From IMG/VR virus record IMGVR_UViG_3300037628_000218, positions 1 through 64,000 of that record: a stretch of 64,000 bases of DNA, one strand, 5' to 3'. Position 1 is the first letter of the stretch, and every line of letters begins with the position of its first letter. This document shows, in pieces, positions 1 through 7,004 of this stretch. The stretch is from a virus. The notes under the pieces are model-generated. The model had not been told where the DNA came from. It did not search any database and saw nothing but the letters and a program-made list of their open reading frames with translations. Both the position numbers and the translations under genes were made by a program.

Positions 1-115
1 CTACAAAAGTACACCCGTTACTAATATACTCTTTACCGTCTGACATGAGTATCAAAAAAGACGGATTATTACGATAAGATTCTTCTACATACCCTACTAA
101 TCTAATAAATTTCAT
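1..115 (-). CDS. 5' part of an early LRR-family paralogue (runs off the window)
   Basis: ATG at 115; nt 1-127 are identical to 845-971 and encode MKFIRLVGYVEESYRNNPSFLILMSDGKEYISNGCTFV. Confidence 0.8.
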   Translation of the reverse strand, partial: MKFIRLVGYVEESYRNNPSFLILMSDGKEYISNGCTFV

Positions 116-140
116 AATCTTAAACCTTTTTGCCGTTTGT

Positions 141-181
141 TTAAGTTGTACCCATTTTAACAGCCTTAAAACTACTGTCAA
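141..181 (-). promoter_or_regulatory. Early promoter cassette
   Basis: TTGACA-16 nt-TAAAAT followed by the leader motif ACAACTTAAAC. Confidence 0.85.
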
Positions 182-479
182 CACCTATTTCTAATACTCT
201 AAAGTTTAAAGATTGTTATAGTATTTATAACCCCCCACCTTGGGAGTTCCTACCAACCATTACTACATCAATCTAGGTAAACGCTCCCACACCTTCACAA
301 GCTCTAAAACCCTTCAACCCACCCTAGCCCTCCATTGATCCTCGGAGCTTCCTTGCAGCTTCTCATAAACTATTAAGACTCCCTATAAGCAGCCTGCTAG
401 GGATCTTGTAGGACGCTACAAGTAAGCTTAAAAGTGTAGTACTACATTAGTACTAGGTTAAGTTATATCTAGTTATTAG

Positions 480-959
480 CTAGGGTTGGTATGGGCAGCC
501 TCGGAACATGCACATAACCTCAGCATCCTCGTTTATGTTGCCAGTAAATTCTGTTAACGCACGACAACGCTCAAATATACAATTTCCATAAAGTAAGCTA
601 GGTAAGTCACTTGTAAACTTTGATAACTTCTGACAATTATAAAACATATCGTTAGCAATAACTACACTAGATAGGTCCTCGTCAAATTCTGTTATACCCT
701 CTATACCCATGTAACCCCAAAACATACAGCTAGTATTAACCACTTTACCTATGTCTATCGCACTAGAGAGTAGTAACTTGTTAACGTGGTGGGTACATGT
801 AGGGTGTTCAGCTTCTAGCCTGTCTATATTCTTTGTTGTATTCTCTACAAAAGTACACCCGTTACTAATATACTCTTTACCGTCTGACATGAGTATCAAA
901 AAAGACGGATTATTACGATAAGATTCTTCTACATACCCTACTAATCTAATAAATTTCAT
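480..959 (-). CDS. BspA/TpLRR-like leucine-rich repeat protein with shared N-terminal domain
   Basis: MF..C..L..F repeats (MFYNCQKLSKFTSDLPSL, IFERCRALTEF). Confidence 0.75.
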   Translation of the reverse strand: MKFIRLVGYVEESYRNNPSFLILMSDGKEYISNGCTFVENTTKNIDRLEAEHPTCTHHVNKLLLSSAIDIGKVVNTSCMFWGYMGIEGITEFDEDLSSVVIANDMFYNCQKLSKFTSDLPSLLYGNCIFERCRALTEFTGNINEDAEVMCMFRGCPYQP

Positions 960-1156
960 AATCTTAAACCTCGCTTATTAATATCTTGACACGCTATAAA
1001 ACCGCTATGCCATGCCTCACTAAGTGTCTTAGCCTTACACTCCCAAGCTATCCCATTCTTTAAACCGCTAGCAGTATAACCCCCTGATACTTTCTTGATT
1101 AACATAATTAAGCCCCTAATGTTATGGTTAGAACTGTTACTAAGATAGTACCCCAA
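956..1156 (-). CDS. Hypothetical early protein (true start probably MLIKK at ~1105)
   Basis: ORF downstream of a promoter cassette; stop overlaps the next start. Confidence 0.6.
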   Translation of the reverse strand: MGYYLSNSSNHNIRGLIMLIKKVSGGYTASGLKNGIAWECKAKTLSEAWHSGFIACQDINKRGLRL

Positions 1157-1197
1157 ATAGTGCCGTTAATTATGTTGTTAAAATCAATCATTGTACT

Positions 1198-1250
1198 TAC
1201 TCGCTTTGTTTAAGTTGTAGCTATCTTATCAGGTTGGTTAGTGGTGTCAA
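1198..1250 (-). promoter_or_regulatory. Early promoter cassette
   Basis: TTGACA..TAAGAT AGCTACAACTTAAACAAAGCGAGTA. Confidence 0.85.
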
Positions 1251-1267
1251 CACCTTATTTAGGGGTT

Positions 1268-2023
1268 TTACCTAAAACCGTTTAACTCACTGCTAAAACC
1301 CTTTAGTGAGGTGCAAGTGTTGAACATACCGAATTCCACTTTTAACATTGGTAACTTGCTGTTAAAGCTAGTTAACTTGAAACAACCGTTAAACATACAC
1401 CAGCCGTTAACTAACAGCGGTAACTTACTACTAAACTCAATTAATGCTGAACACTCGCTAAACATCCACATAGACGTTACTAGACTTGGTAACGCTATAC
1501 TAAACTCGGTTATTGCTGTACACTTATTAAACATAGTATCGGCATATTTTAAACTTGGCAACTCTATACTAAACTCGGTTAGCGAAGTGCAACCCTCAAA
1601 AGTAGACCTCGCCCATTTTAATCTTGGTAACTCACTGTTAAAACTAGTTAACTTAGAACAACCATTAAACATACCCTTAGCATCTAATAAACTGGGTAAC
1701 TCGCTATCAAACTTGGTTAGCGAAGTGCAACCCTCAAACATATAACCACCATCAACTAAACTCGGTAACTCGCTATTAAACTCGGTTAACTTAGAACAAC
1801 CATTAAACATACCATTAGCATTAACTAAACTAGCTAGCTCCACACTCTCAGAATTAAGTAGGGCAGGAAAATAACTGATTAGCGACCCTGTAACTTTGTT
1901 AGTGTACTCTACAAAAATATCCCCATGCGATATGTATTCTTTACCGTCTGACATTAGTATCAGATACAAGGGTAAACCCCCGTAAGATCTTTCCACGTAT
2001 TTTAGCAATTTAACAAATTTCAT
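1268..2023 (-). CDS. BspA/TpLRR-like protein with eight 23-aa repeats
   Basis: Eight copies of xLPxLxxxxxMFxxCxxLxxFxx after an N-terminus homologous to 480..959 (LILMSDGKEYIS). Confidence 0.85.
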   Translation of the reverse strand: MKFVKLLKYVERSYGGLPLYLILMSDGKEYISHGDIFVEYTNKVTGSLISYFPALLNSESVELASLVNANGMFNGCSKLTEFNSELPSLVDGGYMFEGCTSLTKFDSELPSLLDAKGMFNGCSKLTSFNSELPRLKWARSTFEGCTSLTEFSIELPSLKYADTMFNKCTAITEFSIALPSLVTSMWMFSECSALIEFSSKLPLLVNGWCMFNGCFKLTSFNSKLPMLKVEFGMFNTCTSLKGFSSELNGFR

Positions 2024-2083
2024 AATCTTGTACTCGCTTTGTTTAAGTTGTAGCTATTTTAACAGACTGATTAGAGCTGTCAA
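2024..2083 (-). promoter_or_regulatory. Early promoter and leader cassette
   Basis: TTGACA..TGTTAAAAT AGCTACAACTTAAACAAAGCGAGTACAAGATT-ATG. Confidence 0.85.
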
Positions 2084-2090
2084 CCACTTA

Positions 2091-2399
2091 TTAACTAAAT
2101 AACCTAATAAAGCCTATTACTACACATACGTATAAACCACCGCATAGAAACCAAAAAGGGCAGTACGGGGGTATTAGTGGGGTTTTTTCAGCCTCTTTGG
2201 TTCGCTCTTTGATCTGCTGAATTAGATTAAACCTCACAACTTGAGTTAGTGCGTCTAAAATATCGGCTAGAATGTCAAGTTTAACTATCCCACAGGATCT
2301 AAGGACTACCCCCTCCCGTATATCCTTTAAGAGCCTATCAAAACTATGTTGTACCCCTTCGAGTACCTTTCTATGAATGTCAAGAGTTGCATCATTCAT
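2091..2399 (-). CDS. Hypothetical protein with C-terminal hydrophobic segment
   Basis: ORF track; MNDATL start shared with 3786..3983. Confidence 0.6.
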   Translation of the reverse strand: MNDATLDIHRKVLEGVQHSFDRLLKDIREGVVLRSCGIVKLDILADILDALTQVVRFNLIQQIKERTKEAEKTPLIPPYCPFWFLCGGLYVCVVIGFIRLFS

Positions 2400-2703
2400 T
2401 AGTAGCCACCTCTAAAGCTTTCAGTGCTTTATTAGCTTTTCTTACATCAATGCAGACTATAGCCACCACAGCCCTGGGGTACTTCTTTTTGATATTAAGC
2501 AATGCTTGCTTTACAGTACCCTTAGCATACCATGACAAGTATTCGTCTATATAGCAGCACTCACAGAAAGGAGGTAAAACCTTAACCCGTAGATTCAAGC
2601 CTGCCCCTGTAGACCAGTGTCCAGCCATAACAGCACCCCCTGCTTTACCGTAAAACTTGCAGTTCATTACAGCCTCTAAACTTTTCAACTGTGTCTTACT
2701 CAT
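2392..2703 (-). CDS. Hypothetical early protein
   Basis: ATG directly follows the cassette leader. Confidence 0.7.
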   Translation of the reverse strand: MSKTQLKSLEAVMNCKFYGKAGGAVMAGHWSTGAGLNLRVKVLPPFCECCYIDEYLSWYAKGTVKQALLNIKKKYPRAVVAIVCIDVRKANKALKALEVATNE

Positions 2704-2763
2704 AATCTTGTACTCGCTTTGTTTAAGTTGTAGCTATCTTAACAGTCCTATATCTACTGTCAA
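2704..2763 (-). promoter_or_regulatory. Early promoter and leader cassette
   Basis: Same leader as 2024-2083. Confidence 0.85.
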
Positions 2764-2767
2764 CCTC

Positions 2768-3043
2768 TTATTTAGGAATAAACGCATATCGGTAATAATT
2801 ACCTTCAAACTTTAATATTCCTGAGCCAGTAGCCTGCCGCATCTCTATATAGTCCTGACTATAATTATAGGGTTCGTTGTTACACTCTAAACCCCCGTCA
2901 AAAATTATTATACCGCTTCCAACGTCTAATTTAGAGTTTGTAAAGAAAACCGTCCTACCTTTTAAGTTCATCTCTTTAATAACAGGAACCTTAAGAGGGT
3001 TAATATAAATAGATAGCTCTATAATAGCCTTGTTGTAATACAT
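2768..3043 (-). CDS. Hypothetical early protein
   Basis: ORF between two cassettes. Confidence 0.65.
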   Translation of the reverse strand: MYYNKAIIELSIYINPLKVPVIKEMNLKGRTVFFTNSKLDVGSGIIIFDGGLECNNEPYNYSQDYIEMRQATGSGILKFEGNYYRYAFIPK

Positions 3044-3063
3044 ATTTAGACCCTCTTAGAAAT

Positions 3064-3104
3064 TTAAGTTGCAACTTCTTTAACAGACTGATTAGAGCTG
3101 TCAA
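3064..3104 (-). promoter_or_regulatory. Early promoter cassette
   Basis: Spacer and -35 region identical to the copy at 2060-2090. Confidence 0.8.
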
Positions 3105-3114
3105 CCACTTATTA

Positions 3115-3750
3115 CTAATTAGTTAAGCCATCCTTAAAAATCTTTATAATTACACTATCTAGTATAATAGATTGGCCTGTAGTACAACGCCCCCAATATT
3201 CACCATCTAGCGTACACTCACCATATGCCTCTAATTTCGCTATTAGCCATCTATCACATGCCCACCATTCGTAAATTTCAGGGTAGGTCTCAAACTCCAT
3301 TGCTTCTAATTTATCGCAAATATCTAAAAATCGGTTTAGTGTCTTAGTCTCAAAGCTATCTAAACGTAACGCCAAAGCCACATGCTCCTTGGTATGGGGG
3401 TTTAGTCCATCATATGCAGCATCTCCTAGCGTGTATATCTTATGATATATAACGTTATAAACGTCCTGCGCCTTATCTCTCAAATACTCGTAGCGTTCTA
3501 GTTCAGAATCCCGTTCGCTTTCTGTTAGATTTTGATAATAAGTACCAATATCAATATGACCATAAGGAACATTATTGGTTATATCCTCATATTCCATAGG
3601 TGCGTCCTCACCTTCAAGGCTTTTTTGTATCACGTATTCAATCAGGGTAGTTTGACAGCATTGGACATAGCCACCAACAAACTTGGAAACTGCGTTCTGT
3701 TGTTCAGACGTTGGAGCTGCGTTATATTCTTCTAAAGTAGTTATAAGCAT
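3115..3750 (-). CDS. Hypothetical early protein (acidic, WGRCTTGQ motif)
   Basis: 211-aa ORF preceded by the ACAAAGCGAGTA leader. Confidence 0.75.
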   Translation of the reverse strand: MLITTLEEYNAAPTSEQQNAVSKFVGGYVQCCQTTLIEYVIQKSLEGEDAPMEYEDITNNVPYGHIDIGTYYQNLTESERDSELERYEYLRDKAQDVYNVIYHKIYTLGDAAYDGLNPHTKEHVALALRLDSFETKTLNRFLDICDKLEAMEFETYPEIYEWWACDRWLIAKLEAYGECTLDGEYWGRCTTGQSIILDSVIIKIFKDGLTN

Positions 3751-3785
3751 TTTGTTTACTCGCTTTGTTTAAAATGTTGTTTCGT

Positions 3786-3826
3786 TTAAGTTGTAGCCAT
3801 CTTAACAGTTCTGTATCTAGTGTCAA
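3786..3826 (-). promoter_or_regulatory. Early promoter cassette inside the 3' end of ORF 3786..3983
   Basis: TTGACA..TAAGAT GGCTACAACTTAA. Confidence 0.8.
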
Positions 3827-3983
3827 CTATTATTTCAGCACACGTAACCAAATATTGCAATTCCTCGAATAACTCAAGATAGACTATAGACTCTTTGGAA
3901 TACCATTTACTATTGTCGGCTACCCATCTAGCTTTCAACCTGTCTTTAATGTTTATATATACCTCAAGCGTTGCATCATTCAT
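3786..3983 (-). CDS. Hypothetical early protein
   Basis: ORF; last 14 codons read through the next promoter cassette. Confidence 0.6.
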   Translation of the reverse strand: MNDATLEVYINIKDRLKARWVADNSKWYSKESIVYLELFEELQYLVTCAEIIVDTRYRTVKMATT

Positions 3984-4003
3984 CTTAGTATTCCTAGTTT
4001 CGT

Positions 4004-4045
4004 TTAAGTTCTAGCTACCTTAACAAACCACTTTCAGCCTGTAAA
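4004..4045 (-). promoter_or_regulatory. Early promoter cassette (TTTACA variant)
   Basis: TTTACA-17-TAAGGT AGCTAGAACTTAA. Confidence 0.75.
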
Positions 4046-4053
4046 GGTTTATT

Positions 4054-4275
4054 TTAAAATAATTCTAATTGTAGGTGACTATCCCCAAGTATATAAAAAG
4101 CCTCGTCTAGTTCAAAAGCTTCTACCTGACAACAATCAGAAACCTCTATAAAATCATGGTGAGTGGAGGTAAACCCCCAGTATTCTGTAGTGCCGATGCC
4201 CTCGTCGATTACTATAATGCTGCAAGGTTTTTCACAGTGTCCACAAATCATTTCAGTATTGTGCATATTCGTCAA
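4054..4275 (-). CDS. Hypothetical Cys-rich protein
   Basis: CGHC and SDCC motifs. Confidence 0.55.
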   Translation of the reverse strand: MTNMHNTEMICGHCEKPCSIIVIDEGIGTTEYWGFTSTHHDFIEVSDCCQVEAFELDEAFYILGDSHLQLELF

Positions 4276-4281
4276 CCTTTA

Positions 4282-4620
4282 TTAGTCAAGATGCCCAGCG
4301 CACATTAAGGAATGGTGTACACTCTCCCCAAATATATGGCAAGCCTTTGTAGCGTCGTTTGTATCAATAACTTCTGCCCCATATACAATACGGTGGCTTT
4401 TACCCCGTTTTACCCAAATAACAGCACAATCCCCTTCATCAAAACTAGCTAGAAGATCAAACCCCCGCCCTGCTATATGATACCCTTCAATAGCTTGCGC
4501 TAGTATCAATGTTGGCGCAGCTCCTACAAAGTCACCACAGAATCTAACAACGTGTTGCGGAGTGCCTGAAATATGCCCTGTGTACTCCAAACCTATTGTA
4601 TAGCGTGCATCATCATTCAT
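4282..4620 (-). CDS. Hypothetical early protein
   Basis: ORF after a cassette. Confidence 0.7.
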   Translation of the reverse strand: MNDDARYTIGLEYTGHISGTPQHVVRFCGDFVGAAPTLILAQAIEGYHIAGRGFDLLASFDEGDCAVIWVKRGKSHRIVYGAEVIDTNDATKACHIFGESVHHSLMCAGHLD

Positions 4621-4627
4621 TATACTG

Positions 4628-4681
4628 TACTCGTTTTGTTTAAGTTGTAGCTATCTTACTAAAGGTGTTTCAGCCTGTAAA
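4628..4681 (-). promoter_or_regulatory. Early promoter cassette (TTTACA variant)
   Basis: TTTACA..TAAGAT AGCTACAACTTAA. Confidence 0.8.
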
Positions 4682-4705
4682 GCTTTATTTTAAAATACTC
4701 TGAAG

Positions 4706-5305
4706 TTATGCACTTACAGGAATCAAAACCCACCCCCCGAACTTACTAGAACCCTGTATACTTGCTAGACGCTCCCGCCTTGTTTGTACCGTTATTTTGG
4801 ATTGACCCATTACTGCCTGATTTAACTGTTGTGTGTCTAATACTATATCATCATTCAAGCGCGTCCTACTTAAAGAATTACCACGTTCATCCTGGGTACT
4901 AAAGGTTTCACATTTAGTTAAATCTACCTTCAACTCTAAAGGTCGCGTTTGGTCAATAATACGTTGTACTTGGGGGTAGTAACCAGACAGATCAACTAGG
5001 TTGCATGTTTTTGGACAATAGAACCCCTCTCCCAGCTCAGTGTTGCACCAGTGGATTCTTTGACCGTCTGAACCATACAAAACTGAACCGTCACTATGCA
5101 AGTAGTTTAAATACTCGCGCATATCCTTTTTACCTACCGCACTAGCTACCCACTGCCAAGCTGTTTTTGGTTTAGCTGGCAAGGAGGGCATAAAGTATTT
5201 GTAAAGTGCTTCTAGCTCACTGTTTGGGTTATCGTCAAGGCTCTTTGTTACATATTCAAAAGCTTGCTTGCGTGTCATTGCTTTAACATTACTATTAAGT
5301 TTCAT
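4706..5305 (-). CDS. Protein with a sliding-clamp (DnaN) domain-like segment
   Basis: KKDMREYLNYL..YGSDGQRI..GYYPQVQRII resembles DnaN DVRYYLNG / ATDGHRL / GRFPDYRRV. Confidence 0.55.
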   Translation of the reverse strand: MKLNSNVKAMTRKQAFEYVTKSLDDNPNSELEALYKYFMPSLPAKPKTAWQWVASAVGKKDMREYLNYLHSDGSVLYGSDGQRIHWCNTELGEGFYCPKTCNLVDLSGYYPQVQRIIDQTRPLELKVDLTKCETFSTQDERGNSLSRTRLNDDIVLDTQQLNQAVMGQSKITVQTRRERLASIQGSSKFGGWVLIPVSA

Positions 5306-5337
5306 TCTATATACACCTGTTTGCTTGCTTGTTTCGT

Positions 5338-5378
5338 TTAAGTTGCAACTACTTTAACAGCCTTGTAACCACTGTCAA
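5338..5378 (-). promoter_or_regulatory. Early promoter cassette
   Basis: TTGACA..TAAAGT AGTTGCAACTTAA; the -35 box supplies the upstream stop codon. Confidence 0.8.
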
Positions 5379-5731
5379 CACTTATTTTTAATATTCTCTA
5401 CACTATCACGCCACTTTCGTCCTGTCACTGTCAAATTATCGCTATGATACACGTTTCCAATCGTTAACCTAGCCACTAGCAACAACTGCCTTGCTATGCC
5501 CCTCCTACGCTTACCAGGCTGTGTATACACGCTTTTAATAGTCTTGTTAGCCTCTACTATTAAGCAGCTATCAAAAGGGGTGCTAGTGCCTCCCTGTGAG
5601 TTCCTATGACAAAACCTATAGCTGTTATTAGATGCTTTCAATATTACCACGTCTAAGCCAAATTTGTGAGGTGTTAAAGTTTCTAGCAGCTTGTAGCAGT
5701 TAAGCGGTTTTAAGGTGTTAATATCAAACAT
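5375..5731 (-). CDS. GNAT-like acetyltransferase
   Basis: IKSVYTQPGKRRRGIARQLL matches the acetyl-CoA-binding motif A (RxxGxA). Confidence 0.6.
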   Translation of the reverse strand: MFDINTLKPLNCYKLLETLTPHKFGLDVVILKASNNSYRFCHRNSQGGTSTPFDSCLIVEANKTIKSVYTQPGKRRRGIARQLLLVARLTIGNVYHSDNLTVTGRKWRDSVENIKNKC

Positions 5732-5740
5732 AGTAAACCC

Positions 5741-6031
5741 TTATATTAAACCATCTAAATTGCCACGTACAGCATAAACTAAACCCTTGCCAGCTATTCG
5801 GGTAATTTTATCCCTGCTAGCACTCCTAAAACCTTTATTGTCTTTGCTAGTGTTAGCTAGTGCTATTGTGAATAGATCACTGTACCCGTTGTGGCTACCA
5901 GGGCTTGCGACTAACTGCCCGTTTAATTTACGAGCTGAACCGTCTTTTTTAATGAAGTTAACAGTTACCACCTGCCCGTGTAAGTCTTCTAGTATGCTGT
6001 CAACCTCTTTTCTATTTAGAAAGTTAGTCAT
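5741..6031 (-). CDS. Small SH3/WYL-like beta-barrel protein
   Basis: VTVNFIKKDGSARKL motif. Confidence 0.5.
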   Translation of the reverse strand: MTNFLNRKEVDSILEDLHGQVVTVNFIKKDGSARKLNGQLVASPGSHNGYSDLFTIALANTSKDNKGFRSASRDKITRIAGKGLVYAVRGNLDGLI

Positions 6032-6032
6032 C

Positions 6033-6173
6033 TTATAATTCCTCCTTAATTATCCAGAGTTGGCGGCGGTTCTTCTTTAACCTGCGCATAGATACCTTGC
6101 GTTCACGAGCGGTTTGCCGTTCTGTTTTAGGTTGCTGGCGTTTGCGTAACTTTTGAGTTTGAATATTAAACAT
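6033..6173 (-). CDS. 46-aa Arg/Lys-rich peptide (not in the ORF track)
   Basis: Translated by hand: MFNIQTQKLRKRQQPKTERQTARERKVSMRRLKKNRRQLWIIKEEL; fills the gap between two genes. Confidence 0.7.
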   Translation of the reverse strand: MFNIQTQKLRKRQQPKTERQTARERKVSMRRLKKNRRQLWIIKEEL

Positions 6174-6177
6174 ACAA

Positions 6178-6492
6178 TTAACCCTTTTTGTGGTTGTTAG
6201 TAAATGCTATTTGATAGCCTATACGATTAATTAATAACTGTACTGTTGTTACAGCTAGTGTATTGTTAACCATTAATTTAGTTGCCATCGCCGCTATCAA
6301 AGGCTTGGCATTTTTGCCCTGGCAGTCGAGGATTTGAAAAGTCACGCACCCATTACAGATAAACTTTCTGACAGCTAAAAAGGCGTGTCCATTTCTATTA
6401 TGAACGTGAGCTATGCCGTTCTTTTGAGCTTCTCGCATAGCTTTAATAATGTTTTTCAGTACCGCTGTGCCGAATGATGTTTTAGTGATCAT
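6178..6492 (-). CDS. Hypothetical early protein
   Basis: First gene after the cassette at 6499-6551. Confidence 0.7.
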   Translation of the reverse strand: MITKTSFGTAVLKNIIKAMREAQKNGIAHVHNRNGHAFLAVRKFICNGCVTFQILDCQGKNAKPLIAAMATKLMVNNTLAVTTVQLLINRIGYQIAFTNNHKKG

Positions 6493-6498
6493 TTTGTT

Positions 6499-6551
6499 TA
6501 CTCGCTTTGTTTAAGTTGTAGCTACCTTAACAGCATTATTTCTACTGTCAA
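6499..6551 (-). promoter_or_regulatory. Early promoter and leader cassette
   Basis: TTGACA..TAAGGT AGCTACAACTTAAACAAAGCGAGTA. Confidence 0.85.
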
Positions 6552-6633
6552 CAAGTATCTACATTTTATTTTAGAGGCTTCTATATACTCTTTATATACA
6601 TATACCAACTTTAAACTATTTAAAAATAAAGGA

Positions 6634-6661
6634 TTGACAGCAACTTCTAGCATGTTAAGAT
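6634..6661 (+). promoter_or_regulatory. Divergent plus-strand sigma70 promoter
   Basis: TTGACA-16-(TGT)TAAGAT with an A-rich upstream element, followed by the leader-like ACAACT. Confidence 0.75.
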
Positions 6662-6664
6662 TCA

Positions 6665-6745
6665 ACAACTACTAACAAGAGGGCGACAACTTCGCCTTGT
6701 TGAAGGTAGTCGCACATGGAAAGTGCGACTTGTTGCCCTAAAGGG
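6665..6745 (+). ncRNA. Candidate structured small RNA (three-way junction)
   Basis: AGGGCGACA/TGTTGCCCT outer stem enclosing CTTC..GAAG and AGTCGCAC/GTGCGACT hairpins, just downstream of a promoter; no ORF. Confidence 0.55.
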
Positions 6746-6778
6746 AGGAGGTAAGTGTGGGCGGTGGTTTTGTAAGCA

Positions 6779-6836
6779 TGCAAATAGAATGCCAAGAACT
6801 TTTATTATTATAATTTAAGTTGGCATGATCTGTGCT
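6779..6836. promoter_or_regulatory. Two divergent sigma54-like -24/-12 boxes
   Basis: Minus TTGGCATTCTATTTGCA (6795-6779) and plus TTGGCATGATCTGTGCT (6820-6836), both GG-N10-GC. Confidence 0.55.
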
Positions 6837-6848
6837 TGTAATATTCTT

Positions 6849-6867
6849 AATGAGAATGATTCTTATT
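6849..6867. promoter_or_regulatory. Fur-box-like palindrome
   Basis: AATGAGAATGATTCTTATT versus consensus AATGAnAATnATTnTCATT. Confidence 0.6.
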
Positions 6868-6905
6868 TGCATTACTATGCGTGTGTGAAAGTGCGTTTAC
6901 GTGTT

Positions 6906-7004
6906 TGAAAATGTGCTACCTCAAATATGAAAAAGCTCGTAAGTCGTTTATGAAAAAGCTCGTGAGTCGTGAAAATGTGCTAACTCAAATATGAAAAAGC
7001 TCGT
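6906..7004. repeat. Iteron-like direct repeats
   Basis: 35-bp unit at 6906-6940 and 6970-7004 (1 mismatch); TATGAAAAAGCTCGT occurs three times. Confidence 0.9.

Larger units (their letters stand above)
1..971. repeat. Perfect direct repeat of at least 127 bp (1-127 = 845-971)
   Basis: Base-by-base identity covering the RBS region and first 38 codons of two paralogous genes. Confidence 0.95.

Noticed and set aside
1268-2023. Diversity-generating retroelement behind the LRR variation
   Set aside because: No reverse transcriptase and no adenine-specific template/variable repeat pair seen
141-6551. Repeated intergenic motif as a CRISPR array or integron attC sites
   Set aside because: The intervening sequences are whole genes of variable length, the repeats are promoters, and no cas gene or integrase is present
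6906-7004. Mini-CRISPR array
   Set aside because: The 29-bp spacer is itself made of the repeat core and there are only two full units
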